Shown here: positions 63,003 to 64,000 of the stretch, piece after piece
How positions within the stretch are numbered: the first letter of the stretch is position 1
Layout of the letters: each line of letters begins with the position of its first letter
From: a virus
IMG/VR virus record: IMGVR_UViG_3300049912_000012
Location: 14,890-78,889 of that record
Reading direction: 5' to 3' (one strand)
Length of the DNA: 64,000 bases
Program-made: the position numbers and the translations under genes
The notes under the pieces: model-generated
Database searches by the model: none
The model's input: the letters and a program-made list of their open reading frames with translations, nothing else
What the model was told of the DNA's origin: nothing

Positions 63003-63661
63003 GTCTTATTTTTTTTATTCCAGAGCAAAGGATTAATATATTTTAACACATCTTCGCTCCATGTTAATCCTAACCATCCTATTAATTCTTTCAACTGTTT
63101 GTAGTCTCCATCTACCATCCTCTCAGGCCATATAACTTTATAATCTAACTTGGCCTTCATCATCTCTACAAACTTTTCCTCATACTGATGCACCCACGAT
63201 ACCCATCCTTCTGCATCTTCATAAGCTACCATGTACCCTGTTTTCAAACAACTCTGTACTATATCTCCTGTACGCCTACGCACTATAACCCACTTAGCAC
63301 CAGGATAAGCATTATTCCATACAGGCCAAATAAGACATGATTTACTATCCAGGTACATCCATTGTTGTTCTTTATATCCTTCACTATATAAAATTTCCTC
63401 AATTTTGTTTTTCCAATCTTTATTAAATCCAACCTGTCCTGTTTTAGGAATAGGGAACTGTCCTTTGCTGTCAAATCCATTCCTGTCAAAATATGGTTTT
63501 ACAACTTTATCCCTAATCCTGTTATTGCTATACTTACCTTCATCGAAATCCTGGTTCTGCTTCCCCATCACCCCTCCAAATGCTCCACAATGGTTAATTG
63601 CTGCCCCTATAACATTTGCTCCACTTCGAGGAATCCCCGTAATAAGTACAGGTTGCATCAT
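62966..63661 (-). CDS. Sulfotransferase-family protein
   Basis: ITGIPRSGAN PAPS-binding-like loop; PGAKWVIVRR..DIVQSC. Confidence 0.7.
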   Translation of the reverse strand: MMQPVLITGIPRSGANVIGAAINHCGAFGGVMGKQNQDFDEGKYSNNRIRDKVVKPYFDRNGFDSKGQFPIPKTGQVGFNKDWKNKIEEILYSEGYKEQQWMYLDSKSCLIWPVWNNAYPGAKWVIVRRRTGDIVQSCLKTGYMVAYEDAEGWVSWVHQYEEKFVEMMKAKLDYKVIWPERMVDGDYKQLKELIGWLGLTWSEDVLKYINPLLWNKKNKTWLELQQQRLGK

Positions 63662-64000
63662 CTATATATAGTTCTAACCATTTCTCTTTCTTTGTCCTTT
63701 TCTATCTTAGGTACTACCCTTACTTTCTGTTTTTCATGTCTACGATATATAGCTAAGATAGAATCACAATATCCTATCTTCAATCCTGCCTTCAAACAAC
63801 GTAGATTAAACTCATATTCTTCTGCTGTGTTAAGAGTCTCATCTAACTTTCCTACCCTATCAAAGACACTTCTCCTATACATTAAAGTTGCACTATGAAT
63901 AGGATTTGTCTTCAATAACCTATCTAATGTCACATATTTGTCAGGAAATTTCCATGACTTCAATTGACCATTACTTTGCCTTAACTCAGTAGCATTGCCA
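63658..64000 (-). CDS. Glycosyltransferase family 2 (C-terminal part; runs off the right edge)
   Basis: IHSATLMYRRSVFDRVGKLDE..AEEYEFNLR..YRRH. Confidence 0.8.
   Translation of the reverse strand, partial: GNATELRQSNGQLKSWKFPDKYVTLDRLLKTNPIHSATLMYRRSVFDRVGKLDETLNTAEEYEFNLRCLKAGLKIGYCDSILAIYRRHEKQKVRVVPKIEKDKEREMVRTIYR

Noticed and set aside
150-63898. Numerous antisense ORFs in the track (e.g. 3156, 6867, 11000, 17615, 18119, 35507, 36212, 42549, 59883) and 25123..25332
   Set aside because: They lie opposite well-supported genes or in the GC island and have shadow-ORF composition
1-64000. Prophage boundaries, integrase, tRNAs, inteins, stop-codon reassignment
   Set aside because: No host genes, recombinase or cloverleaf recognised; TerL and DnaB are normal length; genes are intact under the standard code

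Overview
The window is entirely bacteriophage DNA from a long-tailed (siphovirus-like) dsDNA phage. The host is very probably Bacteroidota, judged from TAnnTTTG-type promoters, A-rich non-SD starts and signal peptides ending in Q. Minus strand, 1-21 kb: TerS, TerL, an ECF-like sigma factor, a ~13-kb block of fibre, adhesin, secreted and membrane proteins, portal, head-morphogenesis protein and beta-solenoid fibres. Plus strand, 21.7-52.3 kb: many small early genes, SNF2 helicase, ParB-like protein, GIY-YIG/HNH endonucleases, C5 methylase, replication initiator, DnaB, RuvC-like resolvase and a split SbcC/SbcD. Minus strand, 52.4-64 kb: GT2 and sulfotransferase, head-tail and tail genes (with a -1 frameshift chaperone and tape measure), endolysin, metacaspase, holin and a beta-barrel. 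No major capsid gene, integrase, tRNA or host gene was recognised. Both window edges lie in the same late operon, so this is probably most of a circularly permuted genome. Main findings: (1) signal-peptide-bearing fibre/adhesin proteins rich in Bacteroidota O-glycosylation sequons, in a modular cassette with a shared docking-like domain and a 27-nt direct repeat; (2) three sequence-unrelated but architecturally identical promoter/uORF/alternative-pairing leader RNAs; (3) eight copies of a 24-bp palindrome; (4) a metacaspase inside the lysis cassette; (5) CCWGG enrichment in the putative first-injected region. All calls are by eye from motifs; no searches were run.
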